Source: Verrucomicrobiota bacterium (GTDB taxonomy: Bacteria; Verrucomicrobiota; Verrucomicrobiia; Limisphaerales; AAA164-E04). Taken from it: a stretch of DNA of 64,000 nucleotides. Below the pieces are notes generated by a model. The model searched no databases. It was not told the origin of the DNA and was given only the letters and a program-made list of their open reading frames with translations. This document shows, one piece after another, positions 10,539-20,905 of the stretch (its first letter is position 1; every line of letters begins with the position of its first letter). A program made the position numbers and the translations under genes. Location of the stretch: positions 4,064,001 through 4,128,000 of the forward strand of contig CP170459.1 of the NCBI GenBank assembly GCA_047947115.1, in the 5' to 3' direction.

Positions 10539-11702
10539 CTAGATCTTGACCCATTGCCGTGTCTCGGCGGATTCTTCGACCGCTTCCATGACACGCTGGT
10601 TAAGCATACCGTCTTCAAACGTAGGCTGGACAGCGCTGCCATCCACCACCGCATTGACGAAGTCGGCCAAGGTGTGAACGAAGGTGTGTTCATAGCCCAG
10701 AATGTGGCCGGGAGGCCACCATTGCCCCACGAAAGGATGATCTCCACCGGGCTGGGTAACCAGGATGTCGCTGAATCCCTGGCGATCGCTGGCCACCGTG
10801 TTGTCAAACCATTTGAGGCGGTTCATGTCTTCGAAATCGAAGTAAAGGGATCCTTTCGAACCATTGATTTCAATGACAATGTTGTTTTTGCGACCTAGTG
10901 CGAAACGAGTGGCTTCCAAATTGGCGACGGCTCCGTTTTGAAATTTCCCGATAAACAACGCGGCGTCATCCACAGTGACTTCGCCCATGGTTTTGCCACC
11001 GGCACCGCCCAGACCGTCTCCTTTACCGGAGGAGTCTTCGATCGGGCGCTGTTTGATGAAGGTGTTCATCATGCCGCAAACTTCCTCGAATTCACCCACC
11101 AGATAACGTCCAAGATCGATGATGTGTGCATTGATGTCTCCGTGAGCGCCACTTCCGCTGATACCTTTCTGCAGCCTCCAGACCAAGGGGAACTCAGGAT
11201 CCACAATCCAGTCTTGGGCGTAACGTGCGCGGTAGTGATAAATTTTTCCAATGGCACCCTCTTCAATCATTTTCTTGGCATGGGCGATGGCGGGAATGCG
11301 GCGATAATTGTGACAAACCATGTGCACAATACCCGCTTCCTTGGCGGCATCCACCATTTCCTGACACTGCGCCACAGTCATGGCCAGCGGTTTCTCACAC
11401 AAAACGTGTTTACCGGCCTTGGCAGCTGCTATGGAAATTTCAGCATGCGAATCATTGGGTGTATTGATGTCAACAATATCGATCTCTGGATTGTTAATCA
11501 CTTCTTCCCAACTGGTTGAAATATTTTCCCAACCAAGTTCCTTGGCCGATGCTTCCAGGGCTTCCTTATTGCGACCACAAATGGTGTGCATTTTAATGTC
11601 GGCTTTCAACGGAAAGAAATGGGGAGCCTGCCTCCAACCGTTGGAGTGAGCTTTCCCCATGAACCGGTAGCCGATCATACCGACGTTAAGTGTTTTGGAC
11701 AT
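10539..11702 (-). CDS. Gfo/Idh/MocA family oxidoreductase
   Basis: VGMIGYRFMGKAH, TPNDSH, GKHVLCEKPLA, GD..AHIID. Confidence 0.92.
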   Translation of the reverse strand: MSKTLNVGMIGYRFMGKAHSNGWRQAPHFFPLKADIKMHTICGRNKEALEASAKELGWENISTSWEEVINNPEIDIVDINTPNDSHAEISIAAAKAGKHVLCEKPLAMTVAQCQEMVDAAKEAGIVHMVCHNYRRIPAIAHAKKMIEEGAIGKIYHYRARYAQDWIVDPEFPLVWRLQKGISGSGAHGDINAHIIDLGRYLVGEFEEVCGMMNTFIKQRPIEDSSGKGDGLGGAGGKTMGEVTVDDAALFIGKFQNGAVANLEATRFALGRKNNIVIEINGSKGSLYFDFEDMNRLKWFDNTVASDRQGFSDILVTQPGGDHPFVGQWWPPGHILGYEHTFVHTLADFVNAVVDGSAVQPTFEDGMLNQRVMEAVEESAETRQWVKI

Positions 11703-11799
11703 AATTCCTTGCTTACGCTTCTAAAGTTTAATGGTTGATTCGATTAATCCGTGCTTTATAAAGATCTCGCGAGAGCAAGTCAACGCGCGACTTGAAGTT

Positions 11800-12183
11800 A
11801 TGTGGATACAGATATTGAAATCAAAACTGCACCTTGCCACGGTCACCGAGGCATGCGTGGATTACGAGGGAAGCATGACCATTTCTCAGGACCTCATGGA
11901 CCTGTGCGGGATCCTGCCATACGAGAAAGTTCTGTGCGGCAATATGGCAAATGGCAGTCGCTTTGAAACGTATGCCATTCCAGGGGAAGCAAAAAGAGGA
12001 CAAATCATCCTGAATGGGGCCACCGCACACCTGGGAAAGGTCGGGGATCGGCTCACCATCATGACTTTTGCTAATGTGAAACAAGAGGATGCCGGTGTTT
12101 GGACTCCCAAAGTTCTTGTTCTGGACACATCAAACCGGGTCGTAAAGCGACGCGGCATTCAGGATGCGGAACCTGCCAGCTGA
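11800..12183 (+). CDS. panD: Aspartate 1-decarboxylase
   Basis: LKSKLH.ATVT...YEGSMT (G-S autocleavage site), RFETYAI, LNGA.AH. Start ATG 11800. Confidence 0.95.
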   Translation: MWIQILKSKLHLATVTEACVDYEGSMTISQDLMDLCGILPYEKVLCGNMANGSRFETYAIPGEAKRGQIILNGATAHLGKVGDRLTIMTFANVKQEDAGVWTPKVLVLDTSNRVVKRRGIQDAEPAS

Positions 12184-12261
12184 GACTCCCAGCTAAACCG
12201 GACCTTTCTTGTTCCTGTTTGATTCAATCCACAAAAAGATACCAACAGCTGATACCAGTTC

Positions 12262-13272
12262 ATGCCAGCACTCAACATACAAAAAATCGCCGATCATGTG
12301 GGAGGTAAGTTAACCGGTGATTCAAGCATTGAAATCGTCGGAATTGCTCCCGCAGACACGGCACAGGAAGGTTACCTTACCTTTGCCGAGAACGAACGCT
12401 ACCTCGAGGCTGCGCTAAACAGCAAAGCTTCAGCCATCCTGATTCCAAACGGAGAAATCAACACGGACAAAACCGTGATTCAGATTGACAATGTCAGGGT
12501 CGGATTTGCCAAGTTGCTAGCTTTGCTCTACCCGGAACACGTGCCGGCTCCCGGCATTCATCCTTCCGCCGTCATTGCTCCGTCCGCCCAGGTCGCGGAT
12601 TCGGCCCATGTGGGACCTTACTGCATCATTGAGGCTGGCGCCCAGGTCGGTGAGAATGTGGTATTGAGTGGGCACGTCTATGTCGGAACACACACCGTCA
12701 TTGATGATGGCTCGGCCATTTTTCCCAACGTCACCCTGTATCCATCAACCAAAGTCGGCAAGCGTGTCAGGATTCACTCCGGTGCTGTCATTGGATCCGA
12801 CGGGTATGGATATGTCCTGGATCATGGATTTCACCGCAAAATACCACAGATCGGCAACGTTGTGATCGAGGACGACGTGGAGATCGGGGCCAATACGACC
12901 ATCGATTGTGGCGCATTGGGATCCACGCGCATTGGTAAAGGTACCAAAATCGACAATCTTGTCCAACTTGGGCACAATGTCCAGATAGGAGAACACTCGA
13001 TCATTATTTCCCAAACGGGTATTGCCGGCAGTTCCAAGGTTGGCAACTATGTCATCCTGGCAGGTCAAACAGGTGTCGCCGGCCACATCACCATAGGCGA
13101 CAAAGTGGTAGTGGCCGCACAATCCGGGGTCATGCATTCAATTCCTGCGGGAGAGAAGTGGATGGGTTCTCCCGCTCAACCTGACAAGCAGGCCAAACGT
13201 CAGTTGATCTCCATCCAGCAACTTCCAGACTTGCTCAGGAGAATCAAAAAATTCCTGAACCTGCAATCATAA
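12262..13272 (+). CDS. lpxD: UDP-3-O-acylglucosamine N-acyltransferase
   Basis: Hexapeptide repeats, [36 protein letters not shown]. Confidence 0.95.
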   Translation: MPALNIQKIADHVGGKLTGDSSIEIVGIAPADTAQEGYLTFAENERYLEAALNSKASAILIPNGEINTDKTVIQIDNVRVGFAKLLALLYPEHVPAPGIHPSAVIAPSAQVADSAHVGPYCIIEAGAQVGENVVLSGHVYVGTHTVIDDGSAIFPNVTLYPSTKVGKRVRIHSGAVIGSDGYGYVLDHGFHRKIPQIGNVVIEDDVEIGANTTIDCGALGSTRIGKGTKIDNLVQLGHNVQIGEHSIIISQTGIAGSSKVGNYVILAGQTGVAGHITIGDKVVVAAQSGVMHSIPAGEKWMGSPAQPDKQAKRQLISIQQLPDLLRRIKKFLNLQS

Positions 13273-13284
13273 CACCCGCCATCA

Positions 13285-13755
13285 ATGTTCAAGCAAATCG
13301 ACTCCGACCTGATCGAAAAGTGCCTGACCCAAGCCCGTCAATCCCCCAGGAAGCGCAGTCACTTCAACCTACACGAAAGCCTGGAGGCGCCTGTTCAACG
13401 CCTCTGTATTGCTTTGATTGATGGGACTTATGTTCCACCACACAGACACCCGCAGTCCAATAAATGGGAACTGCTGGTTGCCATAAAAGGGATCAGCCTT
13501 CTGGTAATTTTCGATGATGCCGGCAACATCAAAAAGGTGTTCGAGATCAGTCCGACAGGTCCGCTTTCGGCGGTCGAGATCCCCCCCAACACCTGGCATT
13601 CGCTTCTGCCTAAAGAAGCGGAAAGTGTTGTACTTGAGGTGAAAGAAGGACCGTATACGCCAAATAAGCCTGAGTATTTTGCAGCTTGGGCCCCCGAAGA
13701 AAGCAGCGATCAAGCAAGTGAATACCTTTTGAAACTTCGGAAAAGCTGCGGATAG
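13285..13755 (+). CDS. WbuC-family cupin-fold metalloprotein
   Basis: SPRKRSHFNLH, VQRL, YVPPHRH, WHSL, EVKEGPY, FAAWAPEE. Confidence 0.85.
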   Translation: MFKQIDSDLIEKCLTQARQSPRKRSHFNLHESLEAPVQRLCIALIDGTYVPPHRHPQSNKWELLVAIKGISLLVIFDDAGNIKKVFEISPTGPLSAVEIPPNTWHSLLPKEAESVVLEVKEGPYTPNKPEYFAAWAPEESSDQASEYLLKLRKSCG

Positions 13756-13786
13756 AACTTCAAGTTTCGGTTTGGGATCCACAGAT

Positions 13787-13866
13787 TTGACACAGCCTGG
13801 GTCTGCTGGTAACAACTGTGCGGTATTGGCAGCTAAGCCACGTTCTGCCGGTCCGTAGGCGGGGCA
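13787..13866 (+). promoter_or_regulatory. Sigma70-type promoter followed by JUMPstart-like leader hairpins
   Basis: TTGACA-N17-TAACAA, then GTATTGGCAGCTAAGCCA and a second GU-rich hairpin GTTCTGCC/GGCGGGGC. Confidence 0.5.
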
Positions 13867-13895
13867 AAAGACAAGGAATCATTCACTGACAAATA

Positions 13896-14435
13896 ATGAG
13901 AACCATCCAGGGAAGGAATACCAAGGATCCGGAGATAATGCACGCGGACACGGATACATTGTGGTTCGTTGCGCACACACGCCCGAGGTGTGAGAAAAAG
14001 TTGCAGCATTATCTTGATCGCGAAGCCTTGCGCCATGTCCTGCCGACGATCAAAAAAGTTCACAAATACAAGGGTAAAACCGTTTCGTTTCAAAAACCGT
14101 TGTTCCCCGGATACATTTTCCTGAACATACATCCTTTCAAGCGACAGACAGTCTATCAGAGCGACTATGTTGCCAATCTGCTGGATGTGCCGGATCAGGA
14201 GGAATTCTACCAGCAGCTCGGAGATATTCTCGAAGCGGTCGATTCGGGTTATGAAATCCAATTGGCACCGGAGATTGGAGTCGGAAAAAGAGTCATGATT
14301 CGTTCCGGCCCCATGCGCGGTATCGAAGGATGGGTGGAAGATCGTTATGGTGTCAGCACTGTTCTTTTGAGGCTGGACTTCATTGGGCAGGCAGCCGCCA
14401 TGAAAATGGATGCAGACATTCTGGAACTCGTCTGA
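13896..14435 (+). CDS. NusG-paralogue transcription antiterminator (RfaH/UpxY/LoaP-like)
   Basis: NGN domain WFVAHTRPRCEKK, PLFPGYIF; KOW domain G..V.I.SGPM.G.EG.V. Confidence 0.88.
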   Translation: MRTIQGRNTKDPEIMHADTDTLWFVAHTRPRCEKKLQHYLDREALRHVLPTIKKVHKYKGKTVSFQKPLFPGYIFLNIHPFKRQTVYQSDYVANLLDVPDQEEFYQQLGDILEAVDSGYEIQLAPEIGVGKRVMIRSGPMRGIEGWVEDRYGVSTVLLRLDFIGQAAAMKMDADILELV

Positions 14436-14449
14436 CCTCATCTTCCATC

Positions 14450-14932
14450 ATGCAGATATCCACGCTGATTTATTGCTTTGATTCAAGCGACCGCGTGTTG
14501 CTGATACAACGCAACAAGGCGCCCAACAAAGGATTTTGGAGCCCTCCGGGAGGCAAATTGAATCAGAGCACGGGTGAATCACCGCATAGCTGTGCTGCAC
14601 GCGAATCAAAAGAAGAACTCGGACTGGACGCCAAGCCGGAGGCATTTCATCTGACCGGCATGGTCAGCGAAACGGGTTACGAAGGCAATGGTCACTGGTT
14701 GATGTTTCTTTTCGAATACCAACATCCGCTGCCTTATTGTCCACCGCCACATCCCGAAGGAGCGTTTGAGTTTTTTTCAAGGCAAAGCCTGGGGTCACTT
14801 AAAATACCGGAAACCGACAGAACATTTATCTGGCCCTTGTTCTGGAAATACCGAGGCGGATTCTTTACCGCCCATTGCGACTGCACCAAACCTGACGCAT
14901 TTGATTGGCGATTGCTTCAGGCGATGAAATGA
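14450..14932 (+). CDS. NUDIX hydrolase
   Basis: Nudix box GGKL....GESP..CAARESKEELG. Start ATG 14450. Confidence 0.88.
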   Translation: MQISTLIYCFDSSDRVLLIQRNKAPNKGFWSPPGGKLNQSTGESPHSCAARESKEELGLDAKPEAFHLTGMVSETGYEGNGHWLMFLFEYQHPLPYCPPPHPEGAFEFFSRQSLGSLKIPETDRTFIWPLFWKYRGGFFTAHCDCTKPDAFDWRLLQAMK

Positions 14933-14951
14933 ATAGATAAATTGATCCACC

Positions 14952-15428
14952 ATGATTGATCGACAAAGTGATGACTTTTTCATGAATGAAGCCCTCCGCC
15001 AGGCCAGGCGAGCCTATACCGCCGACGAAGTCCCCGTCGGAGCAGTCATTGTTCACGAGGGCCAAATAATTGCGCGTGCCTTTAATCAGGTAGAATTGCT
15101 CAAGGACGCAACTGCTCACGCCGAAATGCTGGCGCTAACCCAAGCCCAATCCGCCATCGGTGACTGGAGATTGAATGGATGCTCGCTTTTCGTGACCAAA
15201 GAGCCTTGCCCCATGTGCGCCGGCGCAATCGTTCACACACGCATCGACCGTGTCATTTTTGGCCTGGCCGACCCCAAAGCCGGCGGTGCGGGATCTGCTA
15301 TGAACATCCTGCAATTCCCAACATTAAACCACCACAGTGCCATCACAAGCGGTGTCATGGAGCAGGAATGTCGATCCTTGATTCAGACATTCTTCGCTCA
15401 GAAACGAGCCTCCAAACAAAACAACTGA
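14952..15428 (+). CDS. tadA: tRNA adenosine(34) deaminase
   Basis: EVPVGAV, D.TAHAE, WRL, T.EPCPMCAGA, DPKAG. Confidence 0.95.
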   Translation: MIDRQSDDFFMNEALRQARRAYTADEVPVGAVIVHEGQIIARAFNQVELLKDATAHAEMLALTQAQSAIGDWRLNGCSLFVTKEPCPMCAGAIVHTRIDRVIFGLADPKAGGAGSAMNILQFPTLNHHSAITSGVMEQECRSLIQTFFAQKRASKQNN

Positions 15429-15451
15429 AATCACTCCCTGATGTGCGGGCA

Positions 15452-15760
15452 TCAGCTCACCATCAAAAGGGAGACACGGATATTTTCCTCCGTGCGTGTG
15501 ACACCATTCGCCTGGGGATCAAGAACGGGTTCGCCATCCACCAGGAAGAGATAGCGATGTTGGCCTGTATGCATGGGAAGTTGAAGGTGCCAGGCCCCAT
15601 CAGGCATTCGCTGCATGGGATGATCGGATCCATGCCAGTGATTGAAATCCCCAAGCAATTGAACTGATTTCGCCTTGGGGGCGAAGTAACTGAAGTTAAC
15701 TGGCACAACAGTGCGTTTGGCCGAATAACGATGTACGGTTTCTGGTGTTTGCTCTCTCAT
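15452..15760 (-). CDS. Stand-alone glycogen-binding (CBM48/E-set) domain protein
   Basis: AP.AKSV.L.GDFN.W, G.W, Y.FLVDG....DP. Confidence 0.85.
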   Translation of the reverse strand: MREQTPETVHRYSAKRTVVPVNFSYFAPKAKSVQLLGDFNHWHGSDHPMQRMPDGAWHLQLPMHTGQHRYLFLVDGEPVLDPQANGVTRTEENIRVSLLMVS

Positions 15761-15932
15761 AAATCCAATATTCCTTCTTTTATTCCCTTAACAAGAGGAA
15801 TTCAGCCCGGTTCACATTCCATGCGAATGGACAAACGTCGAGAAAGAAAGCAGATGTCGTACCTGGCTTCAAGGAACTTCCTTAGTTTTTTACAACATTG
15901 CCAAGCGATCCATTTATGCTTAGAAAGTCGAC

Positions 15933-17051
15933 ATGCAAATCTTTGACTCATTCAATCCACCTGCACGCCTTCTGATGGGACCCGGTCCGAGTAATGCCGC
16001 TCCGTCGGTCCTTTCCGCCCTGGCCAATCCCCTGCTTGGCCATCTGGATCCTGCTTTCATTCAAATGATGGAAGAGATCAAATCCATGTTGCGAAGTGTA
16101 TTTCAAACGAAAAACCAAATGACTTTTCCAGTCAGTGGAACAGGAAGTGCCGGAATGGAGTTTTGTTTTGTCAATCTGATCGAACCAGGTGATGAGGTCA
16201 TTGTCTGCATCAACGGAGTATTCGGCATGCGAATGGCCGACCTGGCGGAGCGTTGCGGTGCAAACGTTATCAAAGTGGAAGCGCCCTGGGGCGAGATTAT
16301 CCGCCCGGAGCAGGTCAAAGAAGCGGTCACAGGTCGTTCCCCCAAACTGGTGGCCCTGGTTCATGCAGAAACCTCAACAGGCGCTCTTACCCCGGTGGAA
16401 AGCATATCCGAGATAGCTCATGGAGCCGGGGCGCTCATGCTTTTGGACACCGTCACTTCTTTGGGTGGGTGCAAAGTGGATATTGACGGTTGGAATATCG
16501 ATGCAGTTTACTCCGGCACTCAGAAATGTCTGAGTTGCCCCCCAGGATTGGCCCCTGTGTCATTGAGCCCAAGAGCGCTGGAAACTGCACAGAACAGAAA
16601 AACAAGGGTGCAGAGCTGGTATCTGGATGTGAACATGCTTTCAGGATACTGGGGTAGCGAACGGGTTTATCACCACACCGCTCCCATCTCCATGAATTAT
16701 GCACTGCATGAAGCGCTTCGTCTCATTCTCGAAGAAGGTCTCGAAACCAGATGGGAACGTCACCGCCAAAACCATTTGAGATTGGTGGAAGGACTCAAAA
16801 CACTTGGACTGGGAATCGCTTCCCAGCAAGGGCACCAGCTCTGGCAACTGAATGCAGTTACCGTTCCTGAAGGAACCGATGAAGCTGGCGTGCGCAAACG
16901 CCTGCTGGAAGAGTACCAGATCGAGGTCGGAGCCGGACTTGGCCCAATGAAAGGGAAAATCTGGCGCGTTGGCTTGATGGGAGAATCATCACAAGCCAAA
17001 TACGTAGATCATTTTCTGGAAGCCATGACCGCGATCCTGAAAGGATCCTGA
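15933..17051 (+). CDS. Alanine-glyoxylate aminotransferase family (class V PLP)
   Basis: LMGPGPS, SGTGSAGME, HAETSTG, SGTQKCL..PPG, YHHT.P, WRVGLMG. Confidence 0.92.
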   Translation: MQIFDSFNPPARLLMGPGPSNAAPSVLSALANPLLGHLDPAFIQMMEEIKSMLRSVFQTKNQMTFPVSGTGSAGMEFCFVNLIEPGDEVIVCINGVFGMRMADLAERCGANVIKVEAPWGEIIRPEQVKEAVTGRSPKLVALVHAETSTGALTPVESISEIAHGAGALMLLDTVTSLGGCKVDIDGWNIDAVYSGTQKCLSCPPGLAPVSLSPRALETAQNRKTRVQSWYLDVNMLSGYWGSERVYHHTAPISMNYALHEALRLILEEGLETRWERHRQNHLRLVEGLKTLGLGIASQQGHQLWQLNAVTVPEGTDEAGVRKRLLEEYQIEVGAGLGPMKGKIWRVGLMGESSQAKYVDHFLEAMTAILKGS

Positions 17052-17065
17052 TCAACGAAACCGCC

Positions 17066-17947
17066 ATGCGATTTGGAAGGAAACGGCCGACTGAATCCAT
17101 AGGGGCTAACGTGGTAAAAAAGCGTGTGTGGTGGCTTACCAAATTATTGTGCGCTCTTGGGCTGCTTTATTTTGCCTTGAAGTGGTTTGAGTGGTCTCAA
17201 ACCTACCAGCCCAGCCGGCGTGTGGTTTCATCCATCGATACCATTTCTCATGACGGACTTGAGTTTCAAGTATTGTCAGGAGGCAGGTATCAGGTTCAAG
17301 CTTGGCTTCTCCCGGCCGCCCGGGGCGCCGCCTATCAGGACTGGCTGGTGATCTTTGCTCATGGCAATGCCGGCAATATCAGTCACCGGCAATCCTTTTA
17401 CCAAACCTGGCTTCATCTTGGATTCAATGTGCTGGCTTTCGACTATCGCGGCTATGGTGCCAGCGAAGGGAGACCATCCGAATCCGGCACTTACGAGGAT
17501 CTCCGTTCGGTTCTGGATTGGGCATTGAAAAACGGGTTTCCTCAAGAACGTATTTTACTGCTGGGGAAATCACTGGGTGGCGGGGTTGCCTCCGAAGTGG
17601 CCAGGGATGGCAACAGCGCCGGCCTGATCCTGCATTCCACATTCACCAGCATTCCCGACATTGGGGCAGAACTATTCCCCTTCCTGCCTGTCCGCTGGCT
17701 CGCCACCATACTACATGACACATATGGAAAGTTGCATGACCTGCAAAAACCGGTCCTGATACTGCATAGTCGATCTGATTCTCTGATCTCCTTCCATCAT
17801 GCTGAACGCAATTACTCGGCAGCTCAATCGCCGAAGTGGTTGTTTGAAATTTCAGGTGATCACAATGATGACGAATGGGAAAGAGTCACCTCACTCGAAC
17901 CGGCCGTCACAACATTCATGCGACACCTGACCCTCTCTCAACAGTAG
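17066..17947 (+). CDS. Alpha/beta hydrolase with N-terminal membrane anchor
   Basis: HGNAGN, DYRGYG.S.G.PSE, G.SLGG, D and H of the catalytic triad. Confidence 0.88.
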   Translation: MRFGRKRPTESIGANVVKKRVWWLTKLLCALGLLYFALKWFEWSQTYQPSRRVVSSIDTISHDGLEFQVLSGGRYQVQAWLLPAARGAAYQDWLVIFAHGNAGNISHRQSFYQTWLHLGFNVLAFDYRGYGASEGRPSESGTYEDLRSVLDWALKNGFPQERILLLGKSLGGGVASEVARDGNSAGLILHSTFTSIPDIGAELFPFLPVRWLATILHDTYGKLHDLQKPVLILHSRSDSLISFHHAERNYSAAQSPKWLFEISGDHNDDEWERVTSLEPAVTTFMRHLTLSQQ

Positions 17948-18012
17948 GTCCATCAGACGATCAATCCCGTATTAATCTCGACTCAAAGCCCTTACTTTCC
18001 TATCCCTTTCCT

Positions 18013-19314
18013 ATGACGAAGAAGTTTCCCCCAGGAAAACAAAGCATTGCCCATCTGTCCGAACTGGCCCAACGCATTGAAGCGCCCCCCATTTCATGGC
18101 TCATGGATCAAAAGCTGAAGTATCCGGATTTGATTTCACTTGCTGCGGGTTTTACGGATGGGCCCTCGTTGCCGGTGGAAGAGGTGCAGAAGATTTTCAA
18201 AACCATCACCCGCACCAAAAAGCGAAGCATGGAAATTCTCCAGTATGGCGTGGGCGCTGGACGCGACCTGTTAAGGGATTTGACCGCTTCCAACACAGCA
18301 AAACTGGATGAACAGGACGCGAATAATCCGGCCTATCATACGGATCGGATCCTCATCACCCACGGCAGTCAGCAGTTTCTTTATCTACTGAGTGAAGCGC
18401 TTTTTGAGAAAAACGATATCGTCATCCTGGAAGCGCCTACCTATTTCGTTTACCTCGGCATGCTGCAGAGTTTTGGGGTTCAAAGCAGGAGTATCCCGAT
18501 GAAATCTGATGGGATGGATATCGAACACTTGAAAGCAACTCTCGAATCCTTGAAAAAAAGCGGACGTCTTTCCAGTGTTAAACTGCTCTATCTGGTGTCC
18601 TATTTTCAAAACCCGACGGGCTATTCCACATCGTACGCCAAGAAAAAGGCAATCTTGAAACTGGTTCGTTCGTATGAGAAGCACGCGGGACATCCCATCT
18701 ATATTCTTGAGGATGCTGCTTATAGGGAACTCAAATTTCCAGCCACTCCCGAACAACCTTCCATGCTTTCCTTGCCACACGCTCGGGATCGAGTCATCTA
18801 CTCCAGCACATACAGCAAACCATTTGCCACGGGTATACGGGTTGGTTACGGATTTGTCCCCGAACCTCTCAGGACCATTTTGCTCCGCATCAAGGGGAAT
18901 CATGATTTTGGTACGGCAAATCTGCTGCAGGCAGTTGTAGAGGAAGCTTTGCGATCCGGACTTTACTCCGGTCATGTGCATCAGCTCCAGGCCGAATACG
19001 CAAAGAAATCCGAATGGATGTGTCAAAGCATTCGCAAGTATTTCTCAAGTCAAGTTCGCTGGAACCATCCGTCAGGCGGGCTTTACGTATGGGCTCAAGC
19101 CCCTGACCATGTGTCCACCGGTCCGGACAGCAGGTTATTCAAGGCCTGCCTGAAGGAGAGGGTCATGTACGTGCCGGGGAGTTATACTTACGGGGAAGAT
19201 TTGACACCTAACAAGCCGGATCAGTCCATGAGAATCAGCTATGGGAGTGCCTCTCGCAGTGAAATTCAAAAAGGCATCAAACGACTGGGAGCCGCACTGC
19301 ATGCGGCGGAGTAA
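18013..19314 (+). CDS. PLP-dependent aminotransferase class I/II (2-aminoadipate transaminase-like)
   Basis: LQYG, GSQQ, E.PTY, FQNPTG, ED.AY.EL, TYSK..ATGIRVG, P.GG.Y.W. ATG 18013 avoids overlap with the upstream gene. Confidence 0.88.
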   Translation: MTKKFPPGKQSIAHLSELAQRIEAPPISWLMDQKLKYPDLISLAAGFTDGPSLPVEEVQKIFKTITRTKKRSMEILQYGVGAGRDLLRDLTASNTAKLDEQDANNPAYHTDRILITHGSQQFLYLLSEALFEKNDIVILEAPTYFVYLGMLQSFGVQSRSIPMKSDGMDIEHLKATLESLKKSGRLSSVKLLYLVSYFQNPTGYSTSYAKKKAILKLVRSYEKHAGHPIYILEDAAYRELKFPATPEQPSMLSLPHARDRVIYSSTYSKPFATGIRVGYGFVPEPLRTILLRIKGNHDFGTANLLQAVVEEALRSGLYSGHVHQLQAEYAKKSEWMCQSIRKYFSSQVRWNHPSGGLYVWAQAPDHVSTGPDSRLFKACLKERVMYVPGSYTYGEDLTPNKPDQSMRISYGSASRSEIQKGIKRLGAALHAAE

Positions 19315-19339
19315 GTTGATTGGGACAGGTGGTCTTACC

Positions 19340-20029
19340 CTACCACCCAAAGGCTCCGGGTTGGGATTTGATCACCTGAGCTGCGTTGCCTTTGTGCACG
19401 ATAAAGGGCTTGCCGGTTTCGGCGTCGTTGATAACCACCGCCAGTATTTTGCCGTTCTCAAACTGTGAAATGACATCGGAGCTTCTTCCCAGTAGTCGGA
19501 AGTCCGGTAAAAGCAGTGCAAAGGATGTGGCCTCGGATTCATTCCACAGCGACTGTCTTTGGATACCCTTAGGCAAACCGATCAGGCTGACCACCACTTT
19601 GTGATCTGCATGAGCATCGGCCAGACTCTGAAAGGATGCCGCATCAACAATAAAACTGAGGGGTGTTTTGGATTTTGGGGGGATGAAAACCGAGTTGGGA
19701 TCTTTGAGATAACTTTCGCTCAGTTCTGGGTAAACCTTGGTGACTGTAACGTTTTCCCCGAGCCCCGTCCGCAACCCATCATGGCCCATGGTGTCGTGGT
19801 CCTTGATTTTTTCGGTGGCATCAGGCCGTTGAACAAAGGGATTGCCCACCAGCAAAACGCTTTCACCGGGTTTATTGTCACGGATAAATTCACCCAGAAG
19901 TCGCATGGACTCGAAACGACCGTCAAGATGTAATGAATACGAGCTGGCCGGCCGCCAAAGAATCAACAGCACGATGGCTGCCACAGCAATCAGACTGATC
20001 GCGATGGCATTCGATTTCGTGATTTTCAC
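19340..20029 (-). CDS. Hypothetical membrane-anchored periplasmic protein
   Basis: 229-aa ORF with an N-terminal hydrophobic helix; overlaps the upstream prepilin-like gene by 4 nt. Confidence 0.65.
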   Translation of the reverse strand: MKITKSNAIAISLIAVAAIVLLILWRPASSYSLHLDGRFESMRLLGEFIRDNKPGESVLLVGNPFVQRPDATEKIKDHDTMGHDGLRTGLGENVTVTKVYPELSESYLKDPNSVFIPPKSKTPLSFIVDAASFQSLADAHADHKVVVSLIGLPKGIQRQSLWNESEATSFALLLPDFRLLGRSSDVISQFENGKILAVVINDAETGKPFIVHKGNAAQVIKSQPGAFGW

Positions 20030-20715
20030 GGGAAATAACTTTCCTCGTCGTCTTCTCCGAACAACGCCTCGTAGCCAAGTTCTTCAAGACGGGAACGACT
20101 CATCGACTCAGTATGCCCATCGAAGAACCAACCGTTTGCCGCATTGTTGTGGCGGGCGTGAATTTCAGTGGCGGTTGCCTGCGTGAAGGTATGGAACTGT
20201 TCTGCGCCGATCCCGAGACGCCCACGGCTGCTAGTGTCCGCAATGTGAACGTAATCCGAAGGTTGGCGAATGTTGTCAACTTTCAGGAAGTTTTTGAACT
20301 CACCCGTTGTAAACTCCTCCGGGGGATCTATGCGGATACCGTAGGTACGAAACCAGTTGGTAAAAAACCTCGGTTTATAGGAAGGGCAAAGAAACAATTC
20401 CTCTGTTCCTAGATTTTGGTTGGAAAAAAGGACGGAACCCCAGGTAAAACTTGGGTTCAACGGATCATGCAGCTGGATCTTGCCGTCAAAGTCTTCGGCA
20501 TACATGATGGTGGCTAATCCCAACTGACGCAAGTTGTTCAAGCACTTGATTTGTCGGGCCTTTTCCTTGGCTTTTGACAGCGCAGGCAGCAACATCCCCG
20601 CCAAAATGGCAATGATGGCAATAACCACCAGCAACTCGATTAGGGTAAACCCCAACCTATGGTGTCGATTTACCCTGTCGCTAAGCCTCCTCATAATGGT
20701 TGAAGCAGTCAACAT
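20026..20715 (-). CDS. Prepilin-type N-terminal cleavage/methylation protein (H-X9-DG type)
   Basis: [43 protein letters not shown]...AN..FFDGH. Start 20715 or 20694. Confidence 0.88.
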   Translation of the reverse strand: MLTASTIMRRLSDRVNRHHRLGFTLIELLVVIAIIAILAGMLLPALSKAKEKARQIKCLNNLRQLGLATIMYAEDFDGKIQLHDPLNPSFTWGSVLFSNQNLGTEELFLCPSYKPRFFTNWFRTYGIRIDPPEEFTTGEFKNFLKVDNIRQPSDYVHIADTSSRGRLGIGAEQFHTFTQATATEIHARHNNAANGWFFDGHTESMSRSRLEELGYEALFGEDDEESYFP

Positions 20716-20905
20716 TTGACGTGGAAAGATGAATGCGTCGACATTCGGTGTCAATAAGAATCTGGAAATCAATGCAGACCAACCGGTTCAACGCAGACTG
20801 GTTGATCCAATCACGGATCAACTCTCCAATTTCTATCATTGATGAACAAGGAACGACAGCCTCGGCTTGACGAAAGCAATAAAACTGGGAAATCTCCCTG
20901 TCTCA

